A stretch of DNA of 64,000 nt, from NCBI GenBank assembly GCA_000165425.1, contig CT868048.1, positions 1 through 64,000 of the forward strand. The letters run 5' to 3'. Numbering within the stretch: the first letter of the stretch is position 1; each line of letters begins with the position of its first letter. The translations under genes and the position numbers were made by a program. This document shows, one piece after another, positions 1 to 11,843 of the stretch. Under the pieces are notes generated by a model. That model saw only the letters and a program-made list of their open reading frames with translations, made no database searches and was not told the DNA's origin. Origin of the DNA: Paramecium tetraurelia. Its lineage: Eukaryota.

Positions 1-2111
1 TAGCAAACTCCAATTTAACATATAAATGAAAAATCATTAATCTTAGAACAATAACAATTTTAACAAGGCAAAGACATGTTTTTTTCACAAATCAACTCTA
101 ATGCAAAACCTCCTAGACCACAAAGAACCTACAATACAGAAAATAATTTCATAAAATTGACTTTATAAAACTCTGAAAATGAAAATTAAATAACAAATAT
201 CCAATATAATTAATAGAATTAAATTAAAGAGATTGTGAATAAGCTAAAAGAATAACATGGCAATCAAAATATCATTCTTCAATACGAAAATACTATCTTA
301 CAACCAGAATTAAGCTTATAACAATAAATAAGGGAAATAAGAAACAATATAACTCTCAAATATAAAATCGATTCATAAGAACTATAACCTCCAGCTTAAT
401 TAATTAATTCTAATTACACTGTGGCAACTATAACAAAATAATAGAGAAGCAAAGTCACTCTACAAAAATAATTAAGCAATGCTTTTAAAATTAAAACAGA
501 AGTTTTTCCTTCATAACAATTGGATTTCTAAGTTCCTGAAAATAATTTTGAGAATGGAGATAATAATTATTCATCATTGTAGAATTTCTTTTCTGGTCGA
601 AAAAGATTTTTGCAGACAGTAATTGAATAAAGTCCTGATAATCAACTAAGAAATAAATAGCCTTGTGAGGTTAACCAATTTAGAGTTAAGAGTTCTAAAC
701 CTGATAACTAATAATTAAATAACCTATAATAAAGACCAAGAGATAAAAGAATAGATTTGGTTAGACATATTTCAAATCCAAATCCAGGTCCAAATGTTCA
801 ATAACCTATGGAGAATATCCCAATAATAGTCGATTCATAAAGTATTAATTAAAATCAAAACGATATTTATTAAAATTAATTATATTATCAGGAAGAACAA
901 AAGCATAATAATTAACTTTAATAAATACTTGTAAATACTACTAAATACCTTTTTTTCAAGTGTTAAACCAACGATTGCAATTATTTTTGTATAGTGACCT
1001 ATTTTCATAATTAAAATTATTATTGCCAAAACTGTGACAAGTTAAGTGTTATAGTTGATTTTCATTTAAAAACCTTAACTTTTTAATGTTGTCACACTTT
1101 AAACTGTTTTGATATCATCAGAAAAGTGTAAAATGCTATATAAAATGAATAACTTGCTCGTTGTAGTGATTGTAAATAAGAGTTAGATTATAGACTGATT
1201 AAATGCTTCGATAAATCTAAATACTATATTAATATAAAATTAATAATTGATGCTTAACTTTTGAAGCGCTCAATATTGAAGAATACATAATTAAGAATTG
1301 CTGAATGCACAGGATCCGATTGTAATTTTTATACCATATGGGATTCTAATAAAAATTAAATACATTAAGGATTTTGTATTTCGTGTAACTAGAGAATTGC
1401 TTTTCGTATGGAAGTTAAGTTAAATTTTCTTAATAAGATTGATTGTGGACATGAACTATCAGCATAGTAATGATAGGATTAGCCTTGATGCATAGGGAGA
1501 GGGTTTTGCTTTTGTCATATNNNNNNNNNNNNNNNNNNNNNNNNNNNNNNNNNNNNNNNNNNNNNNNNNNNNNNNNNNNNNNNNNNNNNNNNNNNNNNNN
1601 NNNNNNNNNNNNNNNNNNNNNNNNNNNNNNNNNNNNNNNNNNNNNNNNNNNNNNNNNNNNNNNNNNNNNNGAAAGGACATGAACTATCAGCATAGAAATT
1701 AATAGGATATAGCCTCTGATGCATAAATTAGAAGGGATTTATGCAAAATGTCCATAATGCACAAGATTTTCATATCATTAAAGTTCTTTGAGTAATTTTG
1801 TTCTTAGGGAATGTAATACATATGATTACGTTTTCAAAAGTTAATTAGAAATCCTCAAATAGTAATTTGATGATAAGAGGGAGGTTGTTCTTTCTTAATG
1901 TAGTACCCTTGGATGTATTTGTGTTTATGCATATTAGGACAGAACTATCTGTGTTTCTAAAGAACAGGTTGTCTTTTCTCAATAATTTGGTTTGAATAAT
2001 TCAGAGATATTTAGTTTTTGTCCTTTATGCTTAAGATTTTCAAATTCTAATGAATGGAAATCAAGGACAAGATTACGAAGATAAGCAAATATACAATTTG
2101 GATATTCTTGA
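1..2111 (+). CDS. 5'-partial protein with a ubiquitin-like segment, a Q/N-rich linker and repeated RING-like (CxH...CxxC) / IBR-like (Cx4C...CxxC) zinc modules; spans an N gap
   Basis: Frame 1 is open in code 6 from base 1 to about 1470. It gives FIKLTLQNSENENQITNIQYNQQNQIKEIVNKLKEQHGNQNIILQYENTILQPELSL, then CQTNDCNYFC..YCQNC, CCHTL..ARCSDC, CTGSDCNFY..FCISC and IDCGHEL. After the gap it continues AKCPQC..CSTLGC..FCPLC to TGA at 2109-2111. The frame breaks only in low-quality sequence next to the gap. Confidence 0.7.
1521..1670. other. assembly gap (150 N)
   Basis: Run of N; the two flanks are imperfect copies of each other (GGACATGAACTATCAGCATAG on both sides). Confidence 0.95.
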
Positions 2112-2214
2112 TTATGTATGGGGTGTCATTGTATTAATAAATTATTTATGTCTATTACGAATCTAAATATATGGTAACTGGAGTAAGGCAGAAACATAAA
2201 TGAGATGAAATGAT

Positions 2215-2221
2215 AAAAAAA
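2215..2221 (-). terminator. RNA polymerase III oligo-T terminator of the 5S gene
   Basis: A7 on the + strand gives T7 immediately 3' of the 5S coding region. Confidence 0.85.
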
Positions 2222-2341
2222 GGGTTGTCAACACGAGGACTTCCCAAGCGGTCCCCCACCTTAGTACTAACCTCGCCTTAAGCCGCTTAACTTCGGAGTT
2301 CGAATGGGATCCGGTGCTTTAGGCTTAGTATGGCCGACAAC
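2222..2341 (-). rRNA. 5S ribosomal RNA
   Basis: The reverse complement reads GTTGTCGGCCATACTAAGCCTAAAGCACCGGATCCCATTCGAACTCCGAAGTTAAGCGGCTTAAGGCGAGGTTAGTACTAAGGTGGGGGACCGCTTGGGAAGTCCTCGTGTTGACAACCC (120 nt). It has the canonical eukaryotic 5S motifs and a terminal helix GTTGTC/GACAAC. Confidence 0.98.
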
Positions 2342-2361
2342 GATATTTACATCTCACATCT

Positions 2362-2370
2362 CTATTTATA
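2362..2370 (-). promoter_or_regulatory. TATA-like element about -21 to -29 upstream of the 5S gene
   Basis: TATAAATAG on the minus strand at the expected distance; the AT-rich background lowers specificity. Confidence 0.45.
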
Positions 2371-3498
2371 ATCCTTATAATTATTATTATTATTACTAAG
2401 ATAAAATTTAAATTAAGAAATAATATATAGAATTTATATTTAATCTGAGTTGTTATTTTACTTTAAAATAATGATATATTATAATTTAATTAAAATTATT
2501 GAAGAAAAAAATGTTGTTAAAATTATTTATTGATTCTTAAAGAGAAAGTGATTATGAAATTATTTAAAGATTACCATTCATAAAAAAGAGTAGAAATATA
2601 TTATTAATGAGTGTATATTTTATTATTAAAATAAATCTTTAATCTTGAGTATTTTAAGATTTTTAATTGCTCTCTTGAATTAAATCATTATATTTTGAAT
2701 AAATATAATGTATAAATTGATATGTATTATTTAATATAACCAACGATAATAAAGAATAAAGATAGACAAGAATCTTATTTTATAATCATAAATTTAAAAT
2801 TGTAATAAAAAATTCTTATTCTAACAAAACCAGAACAAGCTTTTTCATTAATATAATATATAAATTTATAAAATATATTTCAAAAGAGTATGGAGTATTG
2901 ATAAAGTCATATTAAAATGGATGATATAAGGATGGTATTACAAAAACATAAAAATTATAAAGCAATATCAATAATGGAGATTAGGGAAATTATGTAAATA
3001 AGTTTATTGACTTATAAATTGAAATTAGAATAATAGTTGAATAAATTAATACTTGTTATGTAGAATTAATAATTCATAAATTACACTAAATGTAAAACAT
3101 ACATAAAAAAGTAAATTTACAAGTTAACATCATAACAAGATTACTTATTAACATTAACATAGAGAACGAGAAATGATAGATTAAAACTTTATTTAAAGGT
3201 CAAATGAATGAAAGTGTGAACTTGAAAAATGCAAGGATTGCAATTTACAAAGAGATGACTGTTTACTTAATTAGTTAAAATAATGTCGTTTTTAGATTAT
3301 GTTATAATTATTAGACATTATGGGACTTTTATATTATTAATTAAAAGTATTCCTAATGGAATAATTTAGATAAACAAGTATTTCAAATCAAATAAGGATT
3401 AAATTTGATCATTAGATGATTAAGAAATCTCATTAATTATATATATCAGTTGTAAATCAAACTTATTAATTTAATTATAAATAATAAATAATTTTTAC

Positions 3499-3648
3499 NN
3501 NNNNNNNNNNNNNNNNNNNNNNNNNNNNNNNNNNNNNNNNNNNNNNNNNNNNNNNNNNNNNNNNNNNNNNNNNNNNNNNNNNNNNNNNNNNNNNNNNNNN
3601 NNNNNNNNNNNNNNNNNNNNNNNNNNNNNNNNNNNNNNNNNNNNNNNN
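3499..3648. other. assembly gap (150 N)
   Basis: Run of N; the flanks 3391-3462 and 3649-3720 are imperfect copies (AATAAGGAT..TTTGATCATTAGATGATTAAGAA). Confidence 0.95.
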
Positions 3649-3765
3649 AATAAGGATCATATTTGATCATTAGATGATTAAGAATTCTTCACCAATCATA
3701 TATATCAGTAGTAACTCACACCCCCCCTCCCCTTCCTCCATCACACACCATCTTACTTAATAGAA

Positions 3766-5680
3766 ATGATTAGGGTATTATCTCAAGATAAAATGATGAT
3801 CCCTCCATATCATTTAGATCAACCTTAACATTAGTCATAAAAAGGTTATAGAGTTTAATCGTCTGCTACAATTTTGGATCTATAGAATCATATTAAGAAA
3901 TATTTAGATGATGATTCTGAAATATAATTTTATTTTGAAAAAGATAAACTCTTTAGTGGAGTTCTAAATACTTATTTAATTAATATTATCAAAAATATAC
4001 CTGGTAGAACTATCTATTATAGAAAGGTTTCGTCACACAAAAATACTCACACTTAATCATATAAATCATCGAAATTTGAATATGAAAGTCAAAATAATGA
4101 TATCAAATAATCCAATCAAAATATTAGCACTCAATCACAAATCATATAAGGAGAATATTAATTAAATAAACCAGTAAACATACAAAATTAACAAGAATAA
4201 AATAGTCTTACAAAGATTTAACATTCTTAAAACAATTATATTAATAGGGGGGGGGTTAAAGCAGATGCTTAACCTATTTAATAAGCAAAACCACAGAGTA
4301 CAATAGATTCTAGAAATATATAATCAAATGTATTAGGAACCGAAAATCTAAGGTATTTTATTTATCTATATAGGTAATAAGTTTAATCTCAGATTTATTC
4401 AAATTTAACTCGATCATAATTATAAAATTAAGAGCTTTAATAGTTAAAATAAGAGAAATATTAAACAGATTAATAGAACTAGGAATTATAATCACAAGTT
4501 AATAAATTAAAGTAAAAAATAATATAATTTACTAGAACTAGATTACTAGACTATGAAGAGAGAATAAGGAATCAATAAACTGAAAATGAAAAGATAAGGT
4601 CAGATTTTAAAGATTAAAAGTAAAATTGTTAATTTAACTAATTTAGCTAATAAATTTAATACGATCTTTCTAAACTTAAAGATGATTATGAAAAATTAAA
4701 TTAAGAAAATGGAAAATTAAAAATTGAAAATCAAAAATTAAGCAATGAAAATGATACCTTATAAAAAAACCTTGGAGAAGCAAAGCTTAAACCTTAAACA
4801 TATATTGAAGTATAAAAAGATAATTCTAATAACCAACCAAAATTAAGGATTTAAGAAATAAGTCCGCTTGAACGAACAAAAGAATAAAATCCTCTCTAAA
4901 GTTCATAGATATACTAGTCTTAGTGCTATAATACAGGTATTTCAAATATCATTAATATAAGGTTATTAATAGAAAAGTTACAAAAATAAATGTGGCCATA
5001 ACATAGATATTTCTTAGATAGAAGCCTTACTAACTTAGGCACTTAAAAACAATTCAAAAGCATTATGCAAACAGTGCTAAAAACCGATCTAATCAAAGCT
5101 GTGCTTATTGACCGAATTTGGTAAACAGTATTTAGAAGCAAACAATTAAAAAGACCTTAAGCTAATTTTTTAAAATTTACAGAGAAAGTAGTTAAAATCT
5201 CAAGAAAAATTAGTAAAATGTTCAACTGTTAGTTGTCAATTCTTTTGCATTTGGTAGTAAAACTAAAATTTAAGGTTTCCGCAATAAAAAAATGGACTTT
5301 GCCTCTAATGTTTATCTAATTCTGTTATTGGCAATGAACTATAAGCGTCAACCCATTAAGACTTTTAAAATAATGCCTCATAATATGGATAATAGGAATA
5401 ATATAGATAATAGAAATAATTTGGATAATAGGAATAATATAGATAATAGCAATAATTTGGATAATAAGAATAATTTAGATAATAGCAATAATTTGGATAA
5501 TAGGAATAATATGGATTATAGCTATAATATGGATAATAGGAATAATTTAGATAATAGCAATAATTTGGATAATAGGGATAATTTAGATAATAGCAATAAT
5601 TTGGATAATAGGAATAATTTAGATAATAGCAATAATTTGGATAATAGGAATAATTTAGATAATATAGATAATATGGATGA
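3766..5680 (+). CDS. Ubiquitin-like + coiled-coil + one-zinc RING-like + IBR-like protein with a C-terminal Q(F/Y)(G/R)QQx repeat tail
   Basis: ATG at 3766 gives MIRVLSQD..YRVQSSATILDLQNHIKKYLDDDSEIQFYFEKDKLFSGVLNTYL. A frame-restoring 25-nt intron (4937-4961) is followed by YKNKCGHNIDISQIEALLTQALKNNSKALCKQC..VKCSTVSCQFFCIW..GLCLQCL. TGA at 5678-5680. Confidence 0.8.
5381..5677 (+). repeat. coding tandem repeat, 18-nt unit (36-nt higher-order period), 15 full units plus 3 half units
   Basis: The unit TAA T(T/A)T (G/A)GA TAA TAG (G/C)AA translates to alternating QFGQQE / QFRQQQ. Confidence 0.95.
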
Positions 5681-6041
5681 AAATTTATATAGTTATCATT
5701 CATAGATTTATCCAATTTTATTAAATTAGAGTATATATATATATAACTACTTCTTATTTAAAACATCTTTTTTTACACTTCTCTTTTTGTTTGATATATA
5801 GATTATTTTAATTGTAATTATTTAAAAAAAAGTGATGAATTAATGAGCTTTCCTACAAAAGTCAACATTTATAGATCACAATAAGAATATTATAGATGAG
5901 AATATTAAATAAATTTGTGTATGATTTTCTTCTATTATGGATCTTGGTTAAAATAATTATTAATCACTAAAATACATCAAATGCTACTATTTTGAAGATA
6001 TACAATTATATTTAGATTATAAATAAATAAACAATTATGAA

Positions 6042-8600
6042 TCAATAAAATATTCCTTAAGCAAAATATTAAAATTTATCGTACCTGAAATATGTTATAA
6101 TTATTATATTACCATCTAGCTCTCCAATTATCTAGAGACTTATTGATTAATCCTTAGACATATACAAATAATTCAGCATCAGAAGTAACTCCTGGGTTAA
6201 ATCTGTCTTCTAATTCTTTCAACGCTAATTCTCCTTTTGAGAAACAAGGCAAAGTGGTTCCATGGCCTGTGTACATCATTTCAACCAATAATAAGATTTC
6301 CTTTTAGTGTTTCTAACAAGCTTTGAAGCCTCTACCTAATTTAAATGCAATACTTATAGAATAGTTTTCTAAAGTGATCCTAAAACAAGTACCCTTTTAC
6401 TCCACCCAAAACTTTAATGTAGTCTGATAATAATTTAAAAGGGACTTTTCCTTCAAACTCCATGCCTTTACCTGGTGCTATCGATAAAAAGAACCCAAAA
6501 TCTATATGAATTAAATGACCTTAATCATCCAATAATATATTGCCATTATGTCTATCTTTGACTTATAAAAAATAGCACACTAGACCGTAGGCAACAAGTG
6601 ATTGGACATAATTCTATAATGCTTATTCGATATTATCTCTAAAAAAAGATCTAAAAAAGTCTGAAAAATCCGAGAATTAGGTATATTTGGTTTATAAATT
6701 TTTTTGTAAACTATCAATTGTAGTAGCATTTTTTATCATTTCAATCATTCCACAATCTGGTCCCAAAGATAAAACTTCATAATATCTTAATTATAAAGGT
6801 AAGCCTTCTTTTTTGAATATTTAATCAAACTAACAGATTAATTGTAATGCAAATTGTTCTTGTTTCAAATTATCTCCAGTCTTTATAATTAGATGAACTA
6901 ACTCCCAGGATTTCAATTTTTAAAATGGAGATGATTTCCTTATCCTTTCTTATTATGAAGTTGAATTCTCTCCGAAGATTGTTTTTTTGATTTCTAAATA
7001 CTCACCCTCTGTCAAAACTACACCCTTCCCATTCTAAAGATAGCTTACTCTAGAGTTTAGAGTGCTTTGATCCATCTTAGAATTCTGCAATTGATTTTAG
7101 GATTGAGAATATTGATCTTCCAAACTAAAGGCCAATTATTAATTAGGGGGTTTAATTTATTATTAATCGACCATTTCATCTGTATCTGATTCATTTTTAT
7201 TGCTCTCTAGTCTATTTCTATAGAATTGTCCAATTCCATTATTATTTTCATATGAGCCATCTATTTTTGTCTCGTTCTATTTCATTGTTTGAAATTCGTT
7301 GTGGAATGACATTTCAGCATCTGCAATAGAAAATGTTCTTTGTAATTAAATATTATTATTGCTTTGATTTTGCATAACAATTTGACTTTATGTAATTGAT
7401 TTGGATTTGATCATCTATAAAAATTGAAAAAATAACATACATTAATCTTGATGGGTTTAGAAATTTGGGTATCTAGCAGTTGTTATTCGTTATAATGACC
7501 TTCTACTTCTGGTCTAAATATTTCTAAAGTCAAACTAAAAGGACTTCGAATTTTGGTAGAAAATACCCGACTTTCTTTCGAAACAACATTTAGAATAGCG
7601 TAATTTCTGATGGAATTCTTAACGAAGGGAACATACACAGCAGCTGGTAAATTTTGGTTGATTTTATTTAAGAACCGATGCAATTACTCAGTTTTTTTCT
7701 GATGTTTTGAAAGCTCTTCCGAAATTTTAGTAATGTCATTCCAAAAATTGATATTTGATTAAAATGCAAGATCCTCCTATAAATTATTGTCTTCCTTATT
7801 CTAAAAGATGGAAACATAATCTTATAGTTCTATTTCCTCATGCTTGGTTACCAAACAATCCTAAAGGTTTTTCTCCTTGATGTAATCTGTCCAATCTTCA
7901 GTTCCATAAATTTAAACAATTTCATTCTGTTTCCAAGATTTAATTCTTATCGACCCTTAATAAACTGCTTGTTCTTGCTTATCCTTTTTGTTCGACAACA
8001 TGATTGATTTGACTAAGACATCATCTTTGAATGAATCTTCCAAATGAATCTTTAACAATTATGTTGCTATCAATAGATTACCTTGATAATTCGTTGTCAT
8101 TTTATCCTCAAATTCCTTAACAAACTGTTAAACAATCTTGAATTCAACCTTGTAATTGGGAGATATAATTTTTGAAAGGCTTATCAGCTAAAAATAAACA
8201 AGATGAGCAAAAAAGAAATCAATTGAGGAGGCTTTAATGATGAATTCGATCAACCGATCATCCTATAATTGTTGATGGAAAACCATAAAATTAATAAGCT
8301 GCGGGATATAATACTCCAGATCAGTTCGTATAAGATTCATTTAAAAATTGGGGTTGATACGACATCGTTGGAGCATCTCTATGGCCTTTGTTTTATTATC
8401 TGAAATGTATAGACGAATCATGACTTCCAAAATGGCTTCGTCTGAAATCTAAAGGAATTAGGAAAATATACATCAGAATTGTTCTTAGTGTATTTCTTGA
8501 GTATTTTATTTGATTTCTTAAAGGTTTTTGGAAATTCAGACTTATTCTATCTACTGAAACACAAACAGCCTGTGGTTTTAGGTTATTCTCCTTTTTGCAT
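6042..8600 (-). CDS. PI4KB: Phosphatidylinositol 4-kinase type III beta (Pik1-like)
   Basis: YYIPQLINF (PIK helical region); [75 protein letters not shown]; C-terminus RWYDKFQYFAQGIFY*. Small introns near 8449-8471 and 6084-6111. Confidence 0.93.
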
Positions 8601-8816
8601 TTTTAGTTAAATATAACTAATTATTTAAAAATATATTGTTTAGGATGGTTAAATTATTGGAATAAATTGAAGTAGCTGGTGAAAACGATGAGGAAGGAAT
8701 ATACGAATGTGGCGATTACATTTTGCAGAACATATCTGATATATAAATAAACGAAAAATAAAAATAGATCAATCATTCTATAAACTAAAAAATTGCAAAG
8801 AATATCATTTGGTACA

Positions 8817-9923
8817 TCATAAATCATTGTCTTCTTCACAAGATTGAAAGTCATCTTCAGACTTTTGTTATTGTTTTATTTGTTCGCTATTTTATTAAAG
8901 TTACTAGAGCTTGATTAATTCCTGGCAAACTAGATTCTTAATAAGTTTCCCCTATTTAAATAGATCAACATATGTAATTTAATCTATCAACTTGATTTAG
9001 TCTACAGCTATCTGATAATTGGGACTGACCTCTTGAGGTGGCCTACAATTATATAATACAAATTACCAAAAATTATCGGACTTATCATTGGCCATTCCTC
9101 CATACTTCTTTTCTAATTGCGATGGATTTGCATATTACAATAGTGAGATTGGACAACTCTCAAAGAGTATTTTATTGACCTAAGAATGTCAGTTTATTGA
9201 TTTACAGTGATATCTTCCAGGAAAGTTTTTATCATAGCCCAAGTGATGCTGAGTGTTTTATTGCAATTAATGACGTAGCATTTGTGCATTCTTGATCTGT
9301 AATTACTGGATAGATAATTCATGATCCTATAAAGATCTTGTTTTGGCAACCCCATTATGCCAAGTCCTCCTAAATCCATTATGACAATCCTAAATAGTTG
9401 TATATATTACCAACTTTCTATTTGACCAGGCAACATACAATTATATAAGACATAATCAAGAAACAAGGTCATTGATTATAGTAGGAGATCTAAGTCTTTA
9501 ACTCCTGCGACTTTCTGAGCATTTACAACGAGGATTGGACGAAATCTGTTGTCTCTTCCATGCATATAGATCACTCCTTATCTCTATGGAATGAATTTAA
9601 ATGATACCAATAATATAGGATTCACTTTAGGATCTAGACTCTGTCTCCATGCATCATAGTTTTTAATAGCTTCCAAGCATTTTTCAAACTTAAATTTAGT
9701 TGCATATAGCATTCTTAAAATGAAGGAATCCTCCTTTTGCACCTAATATTTTTGCTTAAATTATTGGATGGATTGTATTTCATTTTGAGTAAATTGAATT
9801 TGACCATCAAAGAACTTCCGTATTTCGTACTTCTTGAACTTTATCAGAATTTCATGCTCTAATTGCTTATGTGACAATATTACCCTCTGGAAAATAAAGA
9901 TAAAATTCTTTATTAAGCAGCAT
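8817..9923 (-). CDS. CRAL-TRIO / Sec14-like lipid-binding protein
   Basis: DSFILRMLYATKFKFEKC; GVIYMHGRDNRFRPILVVN; PGQIESW.IVIMDL; LSSNYRSRMHKCYVIN; QLEKKYGG; WPP. Several tiny introns; TGA at 8817-8819. Confidence 0.9.
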
Positions 9924-9951
9924 TATAATTATTTAATTATTTAACCGTCAT

Positions 9952-11275
9952 ATGGGTTAAGCAAATTGTGCATGTGTAAAAACAGTTAGTTTTGATCATA
10001 ACCAAATTGAAAGTGATAAAAGATTGAGAGTGAGTCGGAAGGAAAACCAGATTGAAGATGAAGAAATTAAACTATTGAAAAGCATAATAAAAATATAAGC
10101 ACTCCTGAGAGGCTGGATTGTTAGAAAAAAGTATCACTATGTATAAGTGTAACTGTACAATACTAAAGTTAATAACATTTTGAAGTAGTTCTCATTAACA
10201 CACTTGTCAAAATTCAGCAAAGTACACATCAACAAATATTTATTAGATGCCCCCATTTCCATTTTCTGAGTATCGCTATTAAGATACAGAAAGTGACTCT
10301 TATGACAATAGATTCTTTAGAAATGCAGTTTTGTTAGAGAATGGTGCAATTTACATAGGAGAATGGTCAGGAGACAAGAAATTTGGAAAAGGAATACAAA
10401 TATGGAAAGATGGTTCAATATATGAAGGATTCTGGATAAGAGATATGGCAAATGGTAAAGGGAGATTGTATCATGCGAACGGAGACATATATGATGGAGT
10501 ACATAATCACATTAAACAATTTAATAGGATTGGGAAGATCATAAATCAAAAGGATAAGGAGTATATATCCACTCAGATGGGGCTAGATATGAAGGTAGCT
10601 GGAATAATGATTTATAAAATGGACAAGGCGTAGAAATATGGCCAGATGGAGCCAAACATGAAGGTGAATACAGCAATGGAGTCAAGCATGGAAAAGGCAG
10701 ATTTGGTATCTTTTATCATTAATAATTTAATATTAGTTTGGGCAGATAAAGCATCTTATTGTGGCTAGTTCTTAAACAATCAAATAAATGGAGTGGGTAG
10801 ATATGTATGGCCAGATGGCAGAAAGTATTGTGGAGAATGGTTGAACAACAAAATGCATGGAACTGGTCTGTTCTCATGGAGTGATGGTAGAGTTTACATA
10901 GGGGAATATCAAGATGATAAAAAACATGGTCAAGGAGTATTCGAATGGTATAGTTGTTACCTTAATTGTAGGCCTGATGGTAGAAAATATGTGGGGTATT
11001 GGTTAGAAGGAAAGTAACATGGTAGAGGACTCTTCATTGCTGGAGCCTAAAGGAAACAAGGAGAATGGAAGGGTGGTAACAGAGAAAGATGGATTATCTT
11101 TGAGTCAGATACTGATTTGGATTCTATTGAAAAGAAAATGAATTAACTCAAGATCTACTATTCATCTATTGACGATTCTCAACTTTTGGATAAATCAAAA
11201 AAACCATTGCCATTACCTAATAGTTCACTTACCAAAGGGGAAAAATTCAAGCCTTTATAAAATCATAACTTTTGA
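9952..11275 (+). CDS. IQ-motif + MORN-repeat protein with an N-terminal MGQANCAC acylation-type motif
   Basis: [17 protein letters not shown] (IQ); about 9 YxGxWxxxxxxGxG MORN repeats; 4 tiny introns; TGA at 11273-11275. Confidence 0.92.
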
Positions 11276-11843
11276 TTATCAACTATATAATACTAATAAT
11301 TTTATTGTATTTGTTTATTAAATCAATTGAGGATAGATACTAATAAACGTATTGTCTTTCAAAAGTAACTATTATCTAAATATATACATTCTTTCAGTAA
11401 TTATATCATCCATCTATAGGTTAAATTAATAAATATATTATAAATTCAATGGTTCTATCTTAGTTTAATTATCAATTAAAAAAATAGAAATTACCAAAAA
11501 TATGTATTTAGAAGAACTAGAAAGTCTAGTAAATTTTATGGATGTAATTTTTTTATTACCTAATTTAATATTTCCAGATTCTATTTTAATTTTATTGATG
11601 GTTTTAATTATTATCTCTTCCTCAACCTATATTAGGATTTATGGATATTTCAAATTTTATTTATATTTCTAAAATCTATTTTAAATCTATTTAAACTTAT
11701 GAATTAGTTACTATTGAGCTTTATTCTGTAAAATTCTAATTCTAGATATAAATAAAGTGGTTTTTACATTAAAATTTATAAGTGATTATCTATAATTTAT
11801 TTTTAGATAATAAACATGTGTAGAATGTATGAATTCTTAATGA

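Noticed and set aside
1430..3670. Track ORFs made of X residues
   Set aside because: Artefacts of translating through N gaps.
3720..3750. C-rich run suggesting a proline-rich motif, G-quadruplex or telomere-like sequence
   Set aside because: It lies in the low-quality duplicate next to a gap; the matching copy before the gap is AT-rich; it has no regular CCC(C/A)AA repeat.
5381..5677. CRISPR-like array
   Set aside because: Contiguous 18-nt units with no unique spacers, no cas genes, and a eukaryotic coding context.
5292..5715. Track ORFs 5292..5705 (+, N/D-rich) and 5365..5715 (-, Y-rich)
   Set aside because: They are alternative frames of the 18-nt repeat; the frame continuous with the upstream Cys module is the Gln-rich one ending at TGA 5678-5680.
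8684..8740. Box C/D snoRNA (ACGATGA...CTGA on +)
   Set aside because: The C box is non-canonical, there is no terminal stem, and I could recognise no rRNA-complementary guide.
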